Assembly: GCF_006345805.1 (NCBI RefSeq)
Contig: NW_021836149.1
Coordinates: 149,022 to 213,021 of the forward strand
Source: Octopus sinensis
Taxonomy: Eukaryota
Direction: 5' to 3'
Length of the DNA stretch: 64,000 nucleotides
Shown: in pieces, positions 37,894 through 50,835 of the stretch
How positions within the stretch are numbered: the first letter of the stretch is position 1
Layout: every line of letters starts with the position of its first letter
Made by a program: the position numbers and the translations under genes
Notes under the pieces: generated by a model
Database searches by the model: none
Told to the model about the DNA's origin: nothing
The model's input: only the letters and a program-made list of their open reading frames with translations

Positions 37894-38524
37894 AGATTCA
37901 AGTAGTTCTATTTTTTTTATACAAAAAATATTTTTACAGTCTTGTCTTCCAAACCATCTTGCTTCACAGGACATAGATCTGCAAGTTGTGCATAAACAAT
38001 TAATACATTGTCACCATCACAGAAAAGAAAAATATGTAGCATTATTATGGTAATCTTAATCCTTTGTAACACATCATTTGGCTTCAAGAATTCATCAACT
38101 AATTTCTGTTATGCCATCCTGAATGTAGGCTGGGATAAAAAGTATAACATTTAGTTCCATTGTGCTGTACTAACTCCTAACATTTACATTTAAAAAATGG
38201 ATATAAAATGCATAAACAAATATAATACATATATATATATATACCCACACACATATATATATGTATATACACACACATATATACATTCACATATACATAC
38301 ACATACATATATACATATACATATATATAAAATATTATTAGAGACAAAACCACTATTTTGCAAAACAAACAAGGAAAGACTTAATCATACATAAAATTTT
38401 AATAAATAGTCAAAAAAACCGCCACTACAATTGTTTCTTGTCTTGATCGACAATCTTCAGGTGGACTTCCAATAAGTCAGTTTCAAATTATATATATATA
38501 TATATATGCTTAAAATATCTGGTG

Positions 38525-39058
38525 TTGTAAATATATTACATCCACCTATGAGTTGCTGAGTAACTGCTTCAAAACCCAGTCATTGTGCTGTAAGAGCTGG
38601 GTCAGGCAGCTCCTACCTGGCCAAAAGGCCTCCTGGGTACCACTCAGCAGGTTGTTTTCTTCAAGAAATGTGATTAGTTTCCCTCTGATTATCCAGTTCA
38701 TGACTTTACTGATGTGTAAAGTCAGAGAGATAGGCCTATAGTTTTTGGCATCTGCTCTGCTTCCTCCTTTATGGATTAGGCATATTATTCCCTCCTTCAG
38801 TTTGCTTGGCAGCCTACCATTTGCAAGAAAGCTCTAGAAGAAAATCTGTAGTGCTTTCATCAGGGCACACTTTCACAATTTGAAGAGGATTGCTGGGAAA
38901 CCATCAGGACCAGCAATTGTGTTTGCATCCACCTCATCTATGGCTAGTAATATATCTTCTTCACTAATGTCAATGTAAGCCGTCATAACTGCCTTGCTGG
39001 TTATAGGTGAGGTGGCAAAGAAATCCTCTAGTTCGTTCACTTGTCTGTGTTCCAACAG
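38525..39058 (-). mobile_element. CR1-like LINE reverse transcriptase fragment
   Basis: AGPDGFPAILFK...GRLPSKLKEGIICLIHKGGSRADAKNYRPISLTLHISKVM...GRSCLTQLL...VDVIYL (GPDG, NYRPISL and RSC.TQL motifs). Confidence 0.93.
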
Positions 39059-39439
39059 TGTATTAAAGACAATGGAGATTGGGAAGTTAATAATTGATTA
39101 TGATTAACAGCAAATTAATTATCTTCACTTACAGTTGTTTCAATTGATACTCAGTAAATATTAAATTTATACTTTTATGGCCTGAGCATAATACATTCAG
39201 AGGAAAAAGATATATCTTTGAATATTTTATGTGTGTTAATGGAATCATTATTGCAGACTATACAACATACAAGGGTATATTTTTTCTTCTGAAGATATTA
39301 TGCTCAGTTCATATAAATATAAATTTAATATTTACTGAAGCAGCTAGTAATAGGTTATAGTATCATGCATAACTTAGCCAGCATCATTTCCTCCATAAAT
39401 AATAAAAAAACTAGATAATTTTCTTTTTAAGTAGAAGTA

Positions 39440-39990
39440 ACAATAATAACAAGAGCAGTAATAGTAAGAACAAAAATAATAACCACCCCAAATTTAGTAA
39501 CGATAACAATCAGAACCATAATAACCCTATCAACCTTAATAGACCTAGCACCAACCCACTAGCAAGTAATTCTCTCCCCACCTATGTGACTGTAGGAATA
39601 AAGATGACTGTGCCCTCTAAAATACCTGTAAAAGTAAAGATGTAATTTACCAGTGCACTGTCACAACACAAGTTTAGTAAAAAGATATACAGAGGAGCTA
39701 ACCAAAATGAAATGAAATAAAGACTAGCCACACACTAACACTCTTTCAGAAATAGAAATAAGATTAACTCAACCGGATTAAGTAAATTTATTTGGGAATT
39801 TAAAGTTAAAGATACTAGATTCCTTTTAGAATAGAAAGTCCTTGCCTCAGCACCTTCGTACAATGCAAAAAATAAGAAATGCTATCTTTGCATCAATGAA
39901 AAGTTTTTATACTAGCGGCATAACACCCATTACTTAACTTGAGGGAAGAGAGCAACATAGCCTGCCTGCACAAGAGTAAGTTAAATAGCA
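39440..39990 (+). mobile_element. Penelope-like element: zinc-binding linker and GIY-YIG endonuclease remnant
   Basis: CDCRNKDDCAL*NTCKSKDVIYQCTVTT...KIYRGA..NEMK*RLATH*HSFRNRNKINSTGLSKFIWE...VLASAPSYNAKNKKCYLCINEK...LLNLREE, with several stop codons and frameshifts. Confidence 0.88.
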
Positions 39991-41519
39991 TGAAGACCCT
40001 TTGCACCATCCCCACAAATAGCACCCAGAGCTCTTCACCACAGAAATAGTAGTTCTCGATATTAAATGAAGGCATATATTAACTTCCAAATTAAATCTAG
40101 TTTAATAGTATTACACACTTAGGCCCCTTATAGTTCATCCAGGAGTAATATCCTTTCACCAACATATCCGAGTTTAAATTCCTCTTCCCCTCCACCCATA
40201 ATATCTAAATACATAATATATTTATTAATCTATCTTTCCTTGATATAACCTCCTCACCCACTTTAATAAAGACTGTTCTTTCAACTATGAACCTAATTTA
40301 GAATACAGAGGACATTAGTACTTAACCCCCCAAAATAAATCCCCCTCCCCCATGAGAGCCTGTACCTGCCATCTCAACAAAGGTTGTACTTGCAACTATT
40401 TTTACTTAACTGAACTTTCTATATGATGGATCAGCTTGTTTTAATTAACTTCCTTTCAGTCTTGGTCTAATTTTCAGCCAGCATACTGGTCTATTTCCAT
40501 TAGATTTACCCCATTAGATTTACCCATTTAGGAGCCCCCTGTCTAACATAACAATTTAACAACCTAATATTAACTGCACACCTCTTTAGATTGTATTTGT
40601 GTGTACTTGGTACTACAGTAGACACTTTCCTATGAGCTATTATTGTCCTTAGGAATATTTTGTATGAATGGAAATTAAATTTTGTAGTAGGCCCCATATG
40701 GTTGCACCCAAGCAAGGATTAATATAACTACAAGTTTAGTAATATAAACAATATAATAATAATGATGATAATAATAATAATAATAATAATATATGAAGTA
40801 GGATTTAGTAAACTGTAGTAGGACACAGCATTTGTAACCATATTAGTAATTAGCAAGTGATTTAACTTATAATCATTTAATTAATTTGGGGTTTTGTGCT
40901 TTTCCTTTCTCATAGGTCTACTAGGCAGAATGTATTGAGGAATGTTTAGACAATTAGTGTTTGTCTAGTATAACCACCACTTGGGACTATGGCGGCTATT
41001 TAAGAGGATAGATTTAGTATTATAAATAGAAGGTAAATGCCCTAGCAACTACCACCTCATGACGGTAGTCTCCCCTTAACTGTTAGTTATTTACTGTCAC
41101 ATGTTAGGTTGGTTTATATTGACATAAGCGACCTTGGGCTACTTATGACAGGGGCTACTTCTCCATACCTTTATTTTATTTACTTCTTTATTTACATCTA
41201 CCCCTATAAAGTCTAAGCTTTCCCTTGCTTTTAAATTCAACTGACCAATTATAGTCATGGCTGGACTTTGGTCAATTCCATTACGGACAACAGGTGGTTG
41301 GTCTTTAAAATCTATCAGTAAGTACACTAATGTATCAACTTTATGGGTATGTTTTTGGATAAGTATAAATTAGCACTATTTACAAAATCATAAGAACTAT
41401 TCTTTTTCTAGACCTATTGGCAAATCCAGTTATACTTAATTACTGATTTTATTTTCTTATTATTTATACACCCTGGTACCCCTAAAGAAAGATTACCCCA
41501 CCAATTATTTTCCTAGTTT

Positions 41520-41817
41520 ATTCAGTTGCTCATCGATTTCAAGCTTTAAAATCCAAAATGGTATGCTTCTGACTTGTTAAGCTTTCTTTTCTCATCGAGA
41601 GACCCTGTTCTTTCCTCTTTCCTATTTTACTTTATGTATTTGCCTTCACTCTGATGAAGCTCCATGTACCAGATCGGATGTGCGATAAAATATGACGAAT
41701 ATCGTTCTCGACATAGGCAGCAGAAATAGGTGTTAAAGTTTTGTATTAAGAAAATGATAACCAATGGTAGTCGATTTGTTTGTTGATCAAATATTTTCTC
41801 CATCTTCTGCTTAATTT

Positions 41818-41820
<3 letters not shown>
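41520..41820 (+). mobile_element. PLE-like terminal repeat with a degenerate hammerhead-like motif
   Basis: CpG-rich segment abutting (TA)n; contains CACT-CTGATGA-AGCT...AGC-A-GAAA-TA-GGTG (41647-41732). Confidence 0.4.
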
Positions 41821-41849
<29 letters not shown>

Positions 41850-41924
41850 GATAGATAGATAGATGTATACACACACAGATATATATAAATATATATATAT
41901 GTATGTACATGTATATATACACAC

Positions 41925-41985
<61 letters not shown>

Positions 41986-42605
41986 CACACACACATGCAG
42001 AATAATTACTATGAAGCATTGTGTAGAATATATTGCATAAAAGATCGTGGGTAAGGCCAAAACAATGTGAAGTAAATGCAAGATAAATCACAAGAAAACA
42101 AATATGTGAATTGATGTAGAATTATCTTGCATTCAATATTTTGGGGTTATGATCCCATTGTCAAGAAATTGACGAATGTTGCCAACACACATCGGTGACA
42201 TTCATCAATTTGTTTTCTTGTGATTTACCTCGCATTTACTTCACATTGTTTTGGCCTTACCCACAATCTTTTATACAATATATATATACATTTGTGTGTA
42301 TATATATCTATATACAAATATATATAGTCTTAAGGTATTATTGTCCCTTACCATCTAATTATTCAACCATGGTAAGGAACAACAATAGCACAAGGCTGGA
42401 GGCATGGCTAGAAACAGACAAATTAGTTCCATATAGATACGATGAACAAATTTCATCCTCTCCCTTTCCCTTTTCTTTTCTTCTTTCATCCCTACTACCT
42501 TCCTATCTCCATTCATTTAGGCACTTGACTCCAACAATGATAGCATCCTAACAGTCATTCACTAGATTTTCAATCGATCAATCCACCGATTAAGAAAACT
42601 AAGCC

Positions 42606-42639
42606 ATGACTGCACTCAAAATGCTAATCAGAAACAGCT
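42606..42639 (+). CDS. Candidate start-codon exon (exon 42521-42639; MTALKMLIRNS, ends in phase 1)
   Basis: A 60-nt polypyrimidine tract ends TTTAG at 42520, GCCATG context at 42606, GCT|GTAAGT donor at 42640, and stop codons occur in all frames upstream of the ATG. No homology recognised. Confidence 0.25.
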
Positions 42640-42872
42640 GTAAGTCTATAATGCACAGAAAATATATAAATCCCATTATTTATGCCTTTTCCTTTTATAT
42701 AACACTGGGAAAAATACCATATTAACTTGGAAATGACACCATGAATTTATAAAGTTGATTGGAGATAGACTTCAACTTAGACCTTTTGTTAGTCTAGTGT
42801 GTATGTTTCAGCAGAGCTTTAGAAGTATTTTGCCAGATTACTAAACCATTACTAATAACTCTTTATATATAT

Positions 42873-42953
<81 letters not shown>

Positions 42954-43813
42954 AACACACACACATTTAAATGTATATTTTTTATATCTTCAAAAATTTT
43001 TTTTAACTTTCAAGAGAATGTGGACTAATTTCTTTCAGGTATATCACATAATATACACATAGAGCTATAAATAATAGCATGTATTTTTTTTTTTTTTACT
43101 TCTATCCAAAATGGTTTTACAACACAATAATTACATGCTATGTAAACACTGGGTTGTAAAACCATTTATGTGTGTGCTATGAGATATTCCAATAAAGAAC
43201 TACTTCATATATATATATATATATATATATTTGTGTGTGTGTGTATGTATATATATATATATATATATATAATACACACACACACATATATAGTCATGTA
43301 TATACACACACATATAAACATATACATATACACATACAAACACACACACAAACAACTATATCTATATATGCATGAATATATATAAGCAAAGGCATAGCTA
43401 TGTGAATAGAGAGTTCACTTTGTTATGATATAATTGCAAGTTTTATCTTACTGGGAGCAATTTTGAGCAATTATCTTCTGACATAGCCTCTGGCCAACCA
43501 ATGCTTTTTTTGAGTGAAATTAATAGACAGACAGAGACTAGGGACTCATCATATATAAATGTGTGTGTGTAAGTATGTGTGTCTCTCTCTCAGTGTATCT
43601 GTGTCTGTGCCAATGTATGTGTGTATACTTTCAGTGTCTCTGCAATGTTAAATAAGATATTGTGACATTTGTTTCTATTCCCTGCTAAAATATTGGCATT
43701 CAGGTTCTGCGCTTTCAAAAACAAGTGGAGTAAAATGTCTTCTACTTGACTGAAAAAGCAAATGGGACCCAGCAATAGGAAGGGCATATTGCTCTACTTA
43801 TATATATATATAT

Positions 43814-44090
43814 ATCAAAATAAGCAACAAGAATAACTTCGGTAATTTAGTACGATCGTTTCACACTACATCATTTTATTAAATATTGTAAGTATTCCAA
43901 CAGTTTTAAAATGTTGAGCAATCATCAGTCAATTGATATGAAAATTATGTATTTATAGAAAACCTCTATAAATGGTTGATGATTGCTCAACATTTTAAAA
44001 CTGTTGTAATACTTACAATATTTAATAAAATGATGTAGCGTGAAATGATCGTACCAAATTACCGAAGTTATTCTTGTTGCTTATTTTGAT
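43814..44090. mobile_element. Foldback MITE with 114-bp inverted arms in TA context
   Basis: 43814-43927 and 43977-44090 are reverse complements with 4 mismatches. Confidence 0.92.
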
Positions 44091-45594
44091 TATAATCACC
44101 CCATGGATTTATATGGATAACACCATACAAAATTCTGGTGCATCTAACTTAAGTACCATATTCATTTGAATCTAAATTTTTCTGAACTTATATATATATA
44201 TATATATATATTATTCAAAGGAATTCGAACTTTGTTCGAATAAGTCTGTTTTTTATGTTTTATTTATATTCTTTATAATATTAATGTAGAATATAGAATA
44301 TATAGTATAAGTAGTATATATAGTAAAATGAAATGAAGTATTGATTGTCTTATTGAATAGATGAAATATTGAATATCGAATATTAAGGGACTAGTATACT
44401 TTCTTGCATTAAAGCAGTCTTCAAGGTCTCGCTAAGCATTTCACCTGGCGTGCTAACATTTTTTATACGATTATTTTATGAATTCACCTTCAGCTTGATG
44501 ACTGCTTCAGTGTGGGACTGGAATTATTGGTATTCAGCTGTACTAAATGGTCTTTATTAATTTCAGACATCATCTGGACAACAGCAGCCTTCAGTGAATC
44601 AATGAGAATGTTGATTACTCTTTTTCAAACTTAGCAGCCCATGGAATACAAATATGATTAATCTGGGAGCCACAAGTTTAATATAACACAATTACAGATA
44701 TCGTCTGACGTCCATGTTTGGGTTACGTGGTTTTTCAAAGAAGCATTTATGTGTTAATTGTGCACTTTGTAAACGGGTCCCTTTTGCTCACCCCTTTTCT
44801 AATTGTCAAGGACTAGGTTTTCCCCTGGCTATAGAATATTCTAATTTGAAATTCTCAGTCATCTGGAAGACAATCTATGTAATGACATCCCTCTTCAGGG
44901 GTAATTGAAATTTGAAATGTATGGGAATTTTAGCTGTTTCTCTTTAATATGAACTCTTGTCTCATGTGAGTTCTAGTAAGAAGAGTTCTTCAGAAATATC
45001 TGACAGGCATGTTGGTTACATAACTCTAATTAGGCAAAGAAATTAGAATAATATTTAATCAGGTAGATCATTGTTTACTGTAACTCTAATATCTCTAGCA
45101 TGCTAAACTCAGAGAATTTTATTATTTTGGTCGTTAGTGTTGAGGTTGTTGTTCTTAGATTTACAGTTTGCTGATTCAGTTTCTAACAATTCATGATATC
45201 AGTCTGTAGGCTGGGTTTGCTGAAGGACATCAATCTTAATTATTGTTATATATTTAAAAGGGAGGTTATTTTAAATGAAGGTAATCACATCACTGTAAAT
45301 TAGATTCCTGTTTAAGACACTGGTTACATTATTTATAGGATAAGTTTAAGGCTGGCTGAATTGTTAGCATGCTGGACAAAATGCAAAGTAGCATTTCATC
45401 TGTCTCTGTATTCTGAGTTCAAATATCACCGAAATTGACTTTACTTTTCATCCTTACAGGGTCAATAAAATATGTACTAGTTTATCACTGGGTTCAAAGT
45501 AATCAACTAGCTCCCTCCCACAAAATTTCAGGCCTTCTGCCTGTAATAGAAAGTATTATTTATATCATAAGTGATTGTGTTTTTTGCTCTTAAA

Positions 45595-47100
45595 AGAGAC
45601 AAATTTGGCCTGGTTGTACTGGAGGGCACCCTCAAGGTCTTCAGCAGGTTTGGCATGCGGTATCTGGGTTAGAAAATATTTGTGGTTAGAGTAAGTTAGG
45701 GAGAAGTGAAGGATCGTATTAAATACATTAGAGTGTTGGATTTGGTGGCAAGTAAATCATTGATAAAAAGAAGGAAGTGAGTAGAGGGAGACAAGCGAAT
45801 TCTGAGGTATACCAGCAGTGATTGAGAGTGGTCCTGAAAGAACTCCATCAACACATGCTATAATGGTGTGATCTAATCATGAGCTACAGATCCAAGAGAT
45901 AAGACATGTGTTGAGACCTAAGAGGGAAGTTTTAAAAGGGAGTTTGTTTCCCAGACATGGCTGATGGCTTTTTTTATGTTTAGAGCAACAACTCTGACTT
46001 CATCGAACTACTCAAAGGCGAAACCCATTGGTAAAAGTGACATGAGAGAGTAGTTTTACATTAATCTAGCTCTATGGAAGCAGTAGTGATAATTCTCGAG
46101 GAGAGAGAGAGAGAGAGAGAGAGAGAAGGGGGAGAGACAGATAGACAGAGAAATTCAGTATGATGGAAAATGTCATAGTTAATGATCATTTCAACATTAC
46201 CTTGAAAATATTTGAGGTGAGAACAATGGAATGATAGCTGGCCAGCACAGAGGTTTTGTTTTTCTTGGCAAAAACTGATGCATGTTTCCAAATGACATTG
46301 TATATCTCTGTAGATAGTGAGAGATGATAATGTTTTGTGAGTATAGGGACAAGTTCTGAGGAGCACTGTTTAAGTGTAATAGAAGAAATATCATCTGGGC
46401 CTGTAGTCTTGTTTGTTTGAAACAGTTGGAGTTAGTTTTTCAGTTGCTCTGCGTGTAAGTGTATTATAAAGGAAAAGATATTTAGTCAAGTTGACCAAGG
46501 TTGTGTAGTGTGAACCTGGATGCAAAGAGAAAGTGAAAGCAGAAGCTTTTTTATGGTGGTACTGTTTATGATGCCATGATTGTTTAGAAGAGGAGGGAAA
46601 AAGGAACCCATAAAGAAGGATTGGCTCTGTTTGAGAGGCAGGAAAGCTTAAAGGCCAAATTATACACGAAGGCATCCTTTGCAAACTGGTGTGCTGCCAA
46701 GTTAACTTAATCTAGTTTTGGGGAGCAGGTAAAATTCTCCAAACATTGTGGGTCTTGATTTTTTCCTTTTGTCTAAACAGCTGCAGCACATCTGTAAGTG
46801 ACCCACTTAGTGAACTGGGTTTTAGGGCTGTGGGGAATGTGGTGGGGTCTGGAATGATATATGTTTATTGCCAGAGATATGTGGTATAGGATTTGTAGAA
46901 CTCCGAACACTCCTTTAGAGTTAGATGGGGAAGACATATTGAATAGAATGTTCTGTGTTGAGCAGTTGTGACAAAGCTGTGATTGGTTTGAGATAGATAA
47001 GGTTTTGAGATACGAAAGAGGCCAAGAGCATTTGGGATGTCTGTGTGATGTATATCCATATTTCATTATTCTGTTATTTACAGTGTTCTTCACAAGATCC
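45595..47100 (-). mobile_element. Decayed CR1-like LINE ORF2 (about 1.5 kb), split by (GA)n at ~46100
   Basis: TNKTTGPDDISSITLKQCSSELVPILTK...WKHASVF...YHSIVLTSNIFKVM, then EVRVVALNIKKA...VDGVLSGPLSITAGIPQNS...FLLFINDLL. Confidence 0.88.
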
Positions 47101-47995
47101 TGATCTTCACTAATTTCACTAGCTATAATACATTAAAACTCAGTTTGAATCTCGCTTGCTTGCAATGTTACCCAGCCAAACTGGAGCATAATGGGAAAAT
47201 CTTACGAATTTAACTCCATCATGAAAGGAAAGAAACTCTAACCTTTTGATGTCACATTCGTTGAAAGCATGTGAAATAATTTGGAAAAGAAAAAAACCCA
47301 TGAAACAAAACTCTGTTGCTAGGAGACTTAGTTTCCCAGTGGCCCAATGGGTCATGGGCTGTCTAGTCTTGTATATATATATATATATATATATAACCTG
47401 ATACAACAACAAAGAATCAATAAGAAAAGTTCTTTTATAGAAAAATATAAACCAAGATTAAATCATTAACCAAATACTGTTTCTAATTCCATTTTTAATA
47501 TATTTAAAATATAGTTTCCCTTATATTTTTGAGTAATCAAAAATACAAAGATTTACATCCCTACTTAATTTAAACCTAATAATATACAATAATTACCTCC
47601 TTTGTTTCATAGTGAGTCTATAGCAAAACTGCTTCTGGTAGACATGCTATATAATAAGTGAAGGCAAGTAGCAAGCCATTACACATATGCATTGCAATGA
47701 ATATCTTCTGTAAGAAGTGAAACTAGTTTGAAGTTAAGTACTTTGATGTATTTTTGTAATTATAAAACCTGAAAAGTTTTAATAAGATATTTGGAAATTA
47801 TTTGGTTGAACTTGGAATCTGCAACTTTGAAATAATTTGATGGTATTAATCTGCTTTTCAATGCATATTATTGTATTTGGAAATTATTTGACTGTAATAA
47901 TATACTTTGGAATTGAGTCACTGAAATATAAAAGGAAAATCATACAAATACATACGTGTGTATATATGTGTGTTTGTATGTGTGAGTGTGTGTAA

Positions 47996-48200
47996 TCTAT
48001 TATATAAAATCCGTCCTGTCTGTCTGTGTCTTCTAGGTTCTCGGGCATCCTCCATCCAATTGCACTCAAATTTGATATGTAGATACCGACGGTATCAGGG
48101 CGTGTATATGTCTTGAAAAAATTACAAAAAATCGATTCTAGGGGAGAATGCGATCGATAAAGCCGTGGGAACGTGCATTTGCATGTGCAAGTACATCAGC
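47996..48200 (+). mobile_element. Helitron-like non-autonomous element, 5' part (may extend to the CGTCC/GGACG hairpin near 48665-48685)
   Basis: A|TCTATTATATAAAATCCGTCCTGTCTGTCTG start with a (CTGT)n tract; CpG-rich body. Confidence 0.65.
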
Positions 48201-48698
48201 TGTTGTGATTGATACAATGTGTATGCGAGAACAATGCACGTGCAGTTTGTGCAAAAAATCATCATGCTTTTCGATCTAGATTTACCTCCAGCTAACCCAT
48301 TTGCATGCATCGTTTTTCTCCTACTTTTCTTCCGTCAACCTGTACATAACTGCACCTTCCATTTTTTTTTGTTTTTATACTGCTTAAAGGCACGTTTCTT
48401 TCCTGCCAGCTTTACTGTTTAAACCATGTTTGTGTTCTCCCAGTCAACAGCCTCATCATTACTGGTACTTTAAACTCTTCGGTTGCATATTTGTGTGAAT
48501 AAAATCGGTTTTCTTTAGAATAGAAAAAAAGTCTATCTATATTTCTTCCTTTGCTGGTGTCTCAAATTTAGGTTAAATCAGTGTTTCTCAAAAGGGAGGC
48601 CTATGAGACGGTCGGACAAGTTGTTTTGAGTAAATTTGGTTTAAATGTTTGACAACTCAGCACCGTCCATTGGACAGGGGACGTTTTGCTTTTATATA

Positions 48699-48734
<36 letters not shown>

Positions 48735-49045
48735 TGTATGTATGTATGTATGTATGTATGTATGTATAAGAGAATTTATGATAAACACAAGTTTATATGA
48801 TTTTTTTCCTTCATACCTAACATCATTGAAGTTCTTTGCAAATTCTGTGTAAGATGCTAAGATGTTCCAAGCAGAGATGGATGCTGATCCACAGGGGTTC
48901 ACCATTGAGGGCAACACTTCATTACAATTTTTTGCATAGATCATAATTTTTCGTTTGTTTTTGTTTGTTTTTCAAATCCAGTAATACTACGAAGTACATT
49001 ACTAACCACATCATTATACCAAAAGCAGACTGGACGATGATGATA

Positions 49046-49578
49046 CAGTGTGGCGCAGAGAGGATGGATGTTTTTTGAAATGGCTATTACTCAGCCCCAA
49101 AGAGAGCATCATATGTCAGACAGGGACCAATTGGTCCCCAGTGTCTTTGCACCTTGTTTTCTTTTCAGGTGAAGCCATGGCACTGTGGATGATAGAGCAT
49201 TGTGTGTTTGCCTATGTAAGTTATGGGAAGAATAACAACTCTGTCACAGCAGTTCAGTGTGATTTTCGGCACCACTTCGACATTCACACAAATCAGGCTG
49301 TCCCCACTTGTAACACAATCTTACGTTGGGTGAATGCACTTCATACATGAGGTACACTAATGAATAGGAGATCGGTGGGGCTGCCACAAATGGTACAGAC
49401 CCTAGAATGCCTTCAGAAATACATCAATGGAAACGTGATGGATATTGTTTTTCACATTTAATCTTGACAAATGTTAGTTCAATACGAAAACATCCATGTT
49501 AATAACATTTGTTTGTAGCTAAAATTAATGATTTGGGGAATTTTTTCCAAAAACGTCCATCTTTTCTGCCCCACCCTT
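49046..49578 (+). mobile_element. Internally deleted IS630-Tc1-mariner element with N-terminal HTH remnant
   Basis: Imperfect TIRs CAGTGTGGCGCAGAGAGGATGGATGTTTTT and AAAAACGTCCATCTTTTCTGCCCCACCCT; ATG at 49177 gives MALWMIEHCVFAYVSYGKNNNSVTAVQCDFRHHF...VPTCNTILRWV. Confidence 0.82.
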
Positions 49579-49619
49579 TTATTATATATGAAGCTCTAAA
49601 CTCACCAATAGTAGTTATA

Positions 49620-49656
<37 letters not shown>

Positions 49657-49684
49657 CCCATCAATTCAAATGAAATTTTAGTCA

Positions 49685-49900
49685 TGGCAGATACTGGTGT
49701 CACACAATTGGCACCTGTGTCGGTGGCATGTAAAAGCACCTATCACACTCTTGGAGTGGTTGGCATTAAGAAGGGCATCTAGCTGTAGAAAGCATCCTGA
49801 GTTAAAGTGGAGTCTAGTGTGCAGCCTTTCAACCAGCCCTGATCAAACCATCCAGCCCATGCCAGCATGAACAAAAGATGTTAAATGAAATGGTGATGAT
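49685..49900 (+). mobile_element. Family A RTE 3'-end copy (decayed)
   Basis: GGTGGCATGTAAAAGCACC...AAGGGCATCTAGCTGTAGAAA...GATGTTAAATGA. Confidence 0.8.
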
Positions 49901-50374
49901 ATATATATTATAAGATTCTTTCAGTTTCTGTCCATCAAATCCATTCACATGGCTTTTGCTTAACTCTGTGCTATACCAGATGAAACCTATCTGAGGTGTT
50001 ATACAGTGTGACTAAATCCAAAAGTATGTGTTTAAGCAGCAAACCTCTGAGCCCCACTTCAATGCTTGCACCTATAACGAATTCACTCAGTACTTCAAGT
50101 ACTGTGCTGAAGAGCAAGAATGATAGAATGGAAATGTGATTTTAGCATTTTTCATATCTATCTAACTCCAAAACGTGTCCACAGTTAATCTAAACCGAAT
50201 TAATTCGTTATTTTTTTCTCTTTATCTACGTGGGATGTTGAGTATTGTTGTCTGGGAGATTTTCTTATGGTAGAGAAATAGCTAATTTTGGCTGCTATTT
50301 CTAAATTTTGGTATGTGGTGAAGCAAATTTTGTTCCTGAACCCTAATTATAATTATAAGAATTTTTGTTTGTGT

Positions 50375-50640
50375 GTGTGTGTCTTGGTTGTCCATTCCTT
50401 ATGCAGAGTTTGACCTACTCCTGTACCTACACCATGGAACCATCTGATGTGGCTTTTTAAACCAGACAATGTTTTGACAAGACATCCCTGTAGATTGTGT
50501 ATCCGATTTGGACCACCAACAGCTGCAAATAAATTCTCATCTTTGTTGATCTTAAAATGTCTTTTGAGGCTTCCGTTAGATTTGCAAACCTTCTGGCATA
50601 CATTGCAATGAAAGGTGTGCACAAACATATAGGCAGAATA
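50375..50640 (-). mobile_element. LINE ORF2 C-terminal C2H2-like fingers (RTE type) and 3' UTR
   Basis: FHCNVCQKVCKSNGSLKRHFKI and CLVKTLSGLKSHIRWFH, followed by a short UTR and (CA)n; no linker typical of host C2H2 arrays. Confidence 0.6.
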
Positions 50641-50835
50641 GTTGGTGGAGGTTCATTTGTACATACAAATACACACGCACATCCATACACACATTCATTG
50701 ATATATAAGTGTGTGAATGTTCACAAAGAATGCTGATGTACGGCTGCATAGTGTGAAATTGCTGTTTTTAGCTCAGATCTAAAGGTGATATCCTTTGTGA
50801 CTGGGCAGTGTTTTGTGATACATTAAGTAGTTTCT

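Noticed and set aside
37940-38110. Open frames on both strands (SCLPNHLASQDIDL... and QKLVDEFLKPND...)
   Set aside because: Neither is recognisable and the splice signals are mediocre; cannot choose between them or exclude chance.
43629-43749. Minus-strand exon QVEDILLHLFLKAQNLNANILAG...
   Set aside because: It overlaps what appears to be a decayed SINE tail on the plus strand (AGGAAGGGCAT motif), and the donor is weak.
47140-47412. Minus-strand ORF ...SHAFNECDIKRLEFLSFHDGVKF...
   Set aside because: No homology recognised; the acceptor is far from the pyrimidine tract.
48223-48236. Third GAACAATGCA (Sox-like) motif
   Set aside because: It lies inside a Helitron-like element; a post hoc 10-mer match in AT-rich DNA is not significant.
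50353-50628. Host C2H2 zinc-finger gene (octopus has large expansions)
   Set aside because: The fingers are degenerate, lack TGEKP-type linkers, and run into a LINE-like 3' UTR; better explained as an RTE ORF2 end.
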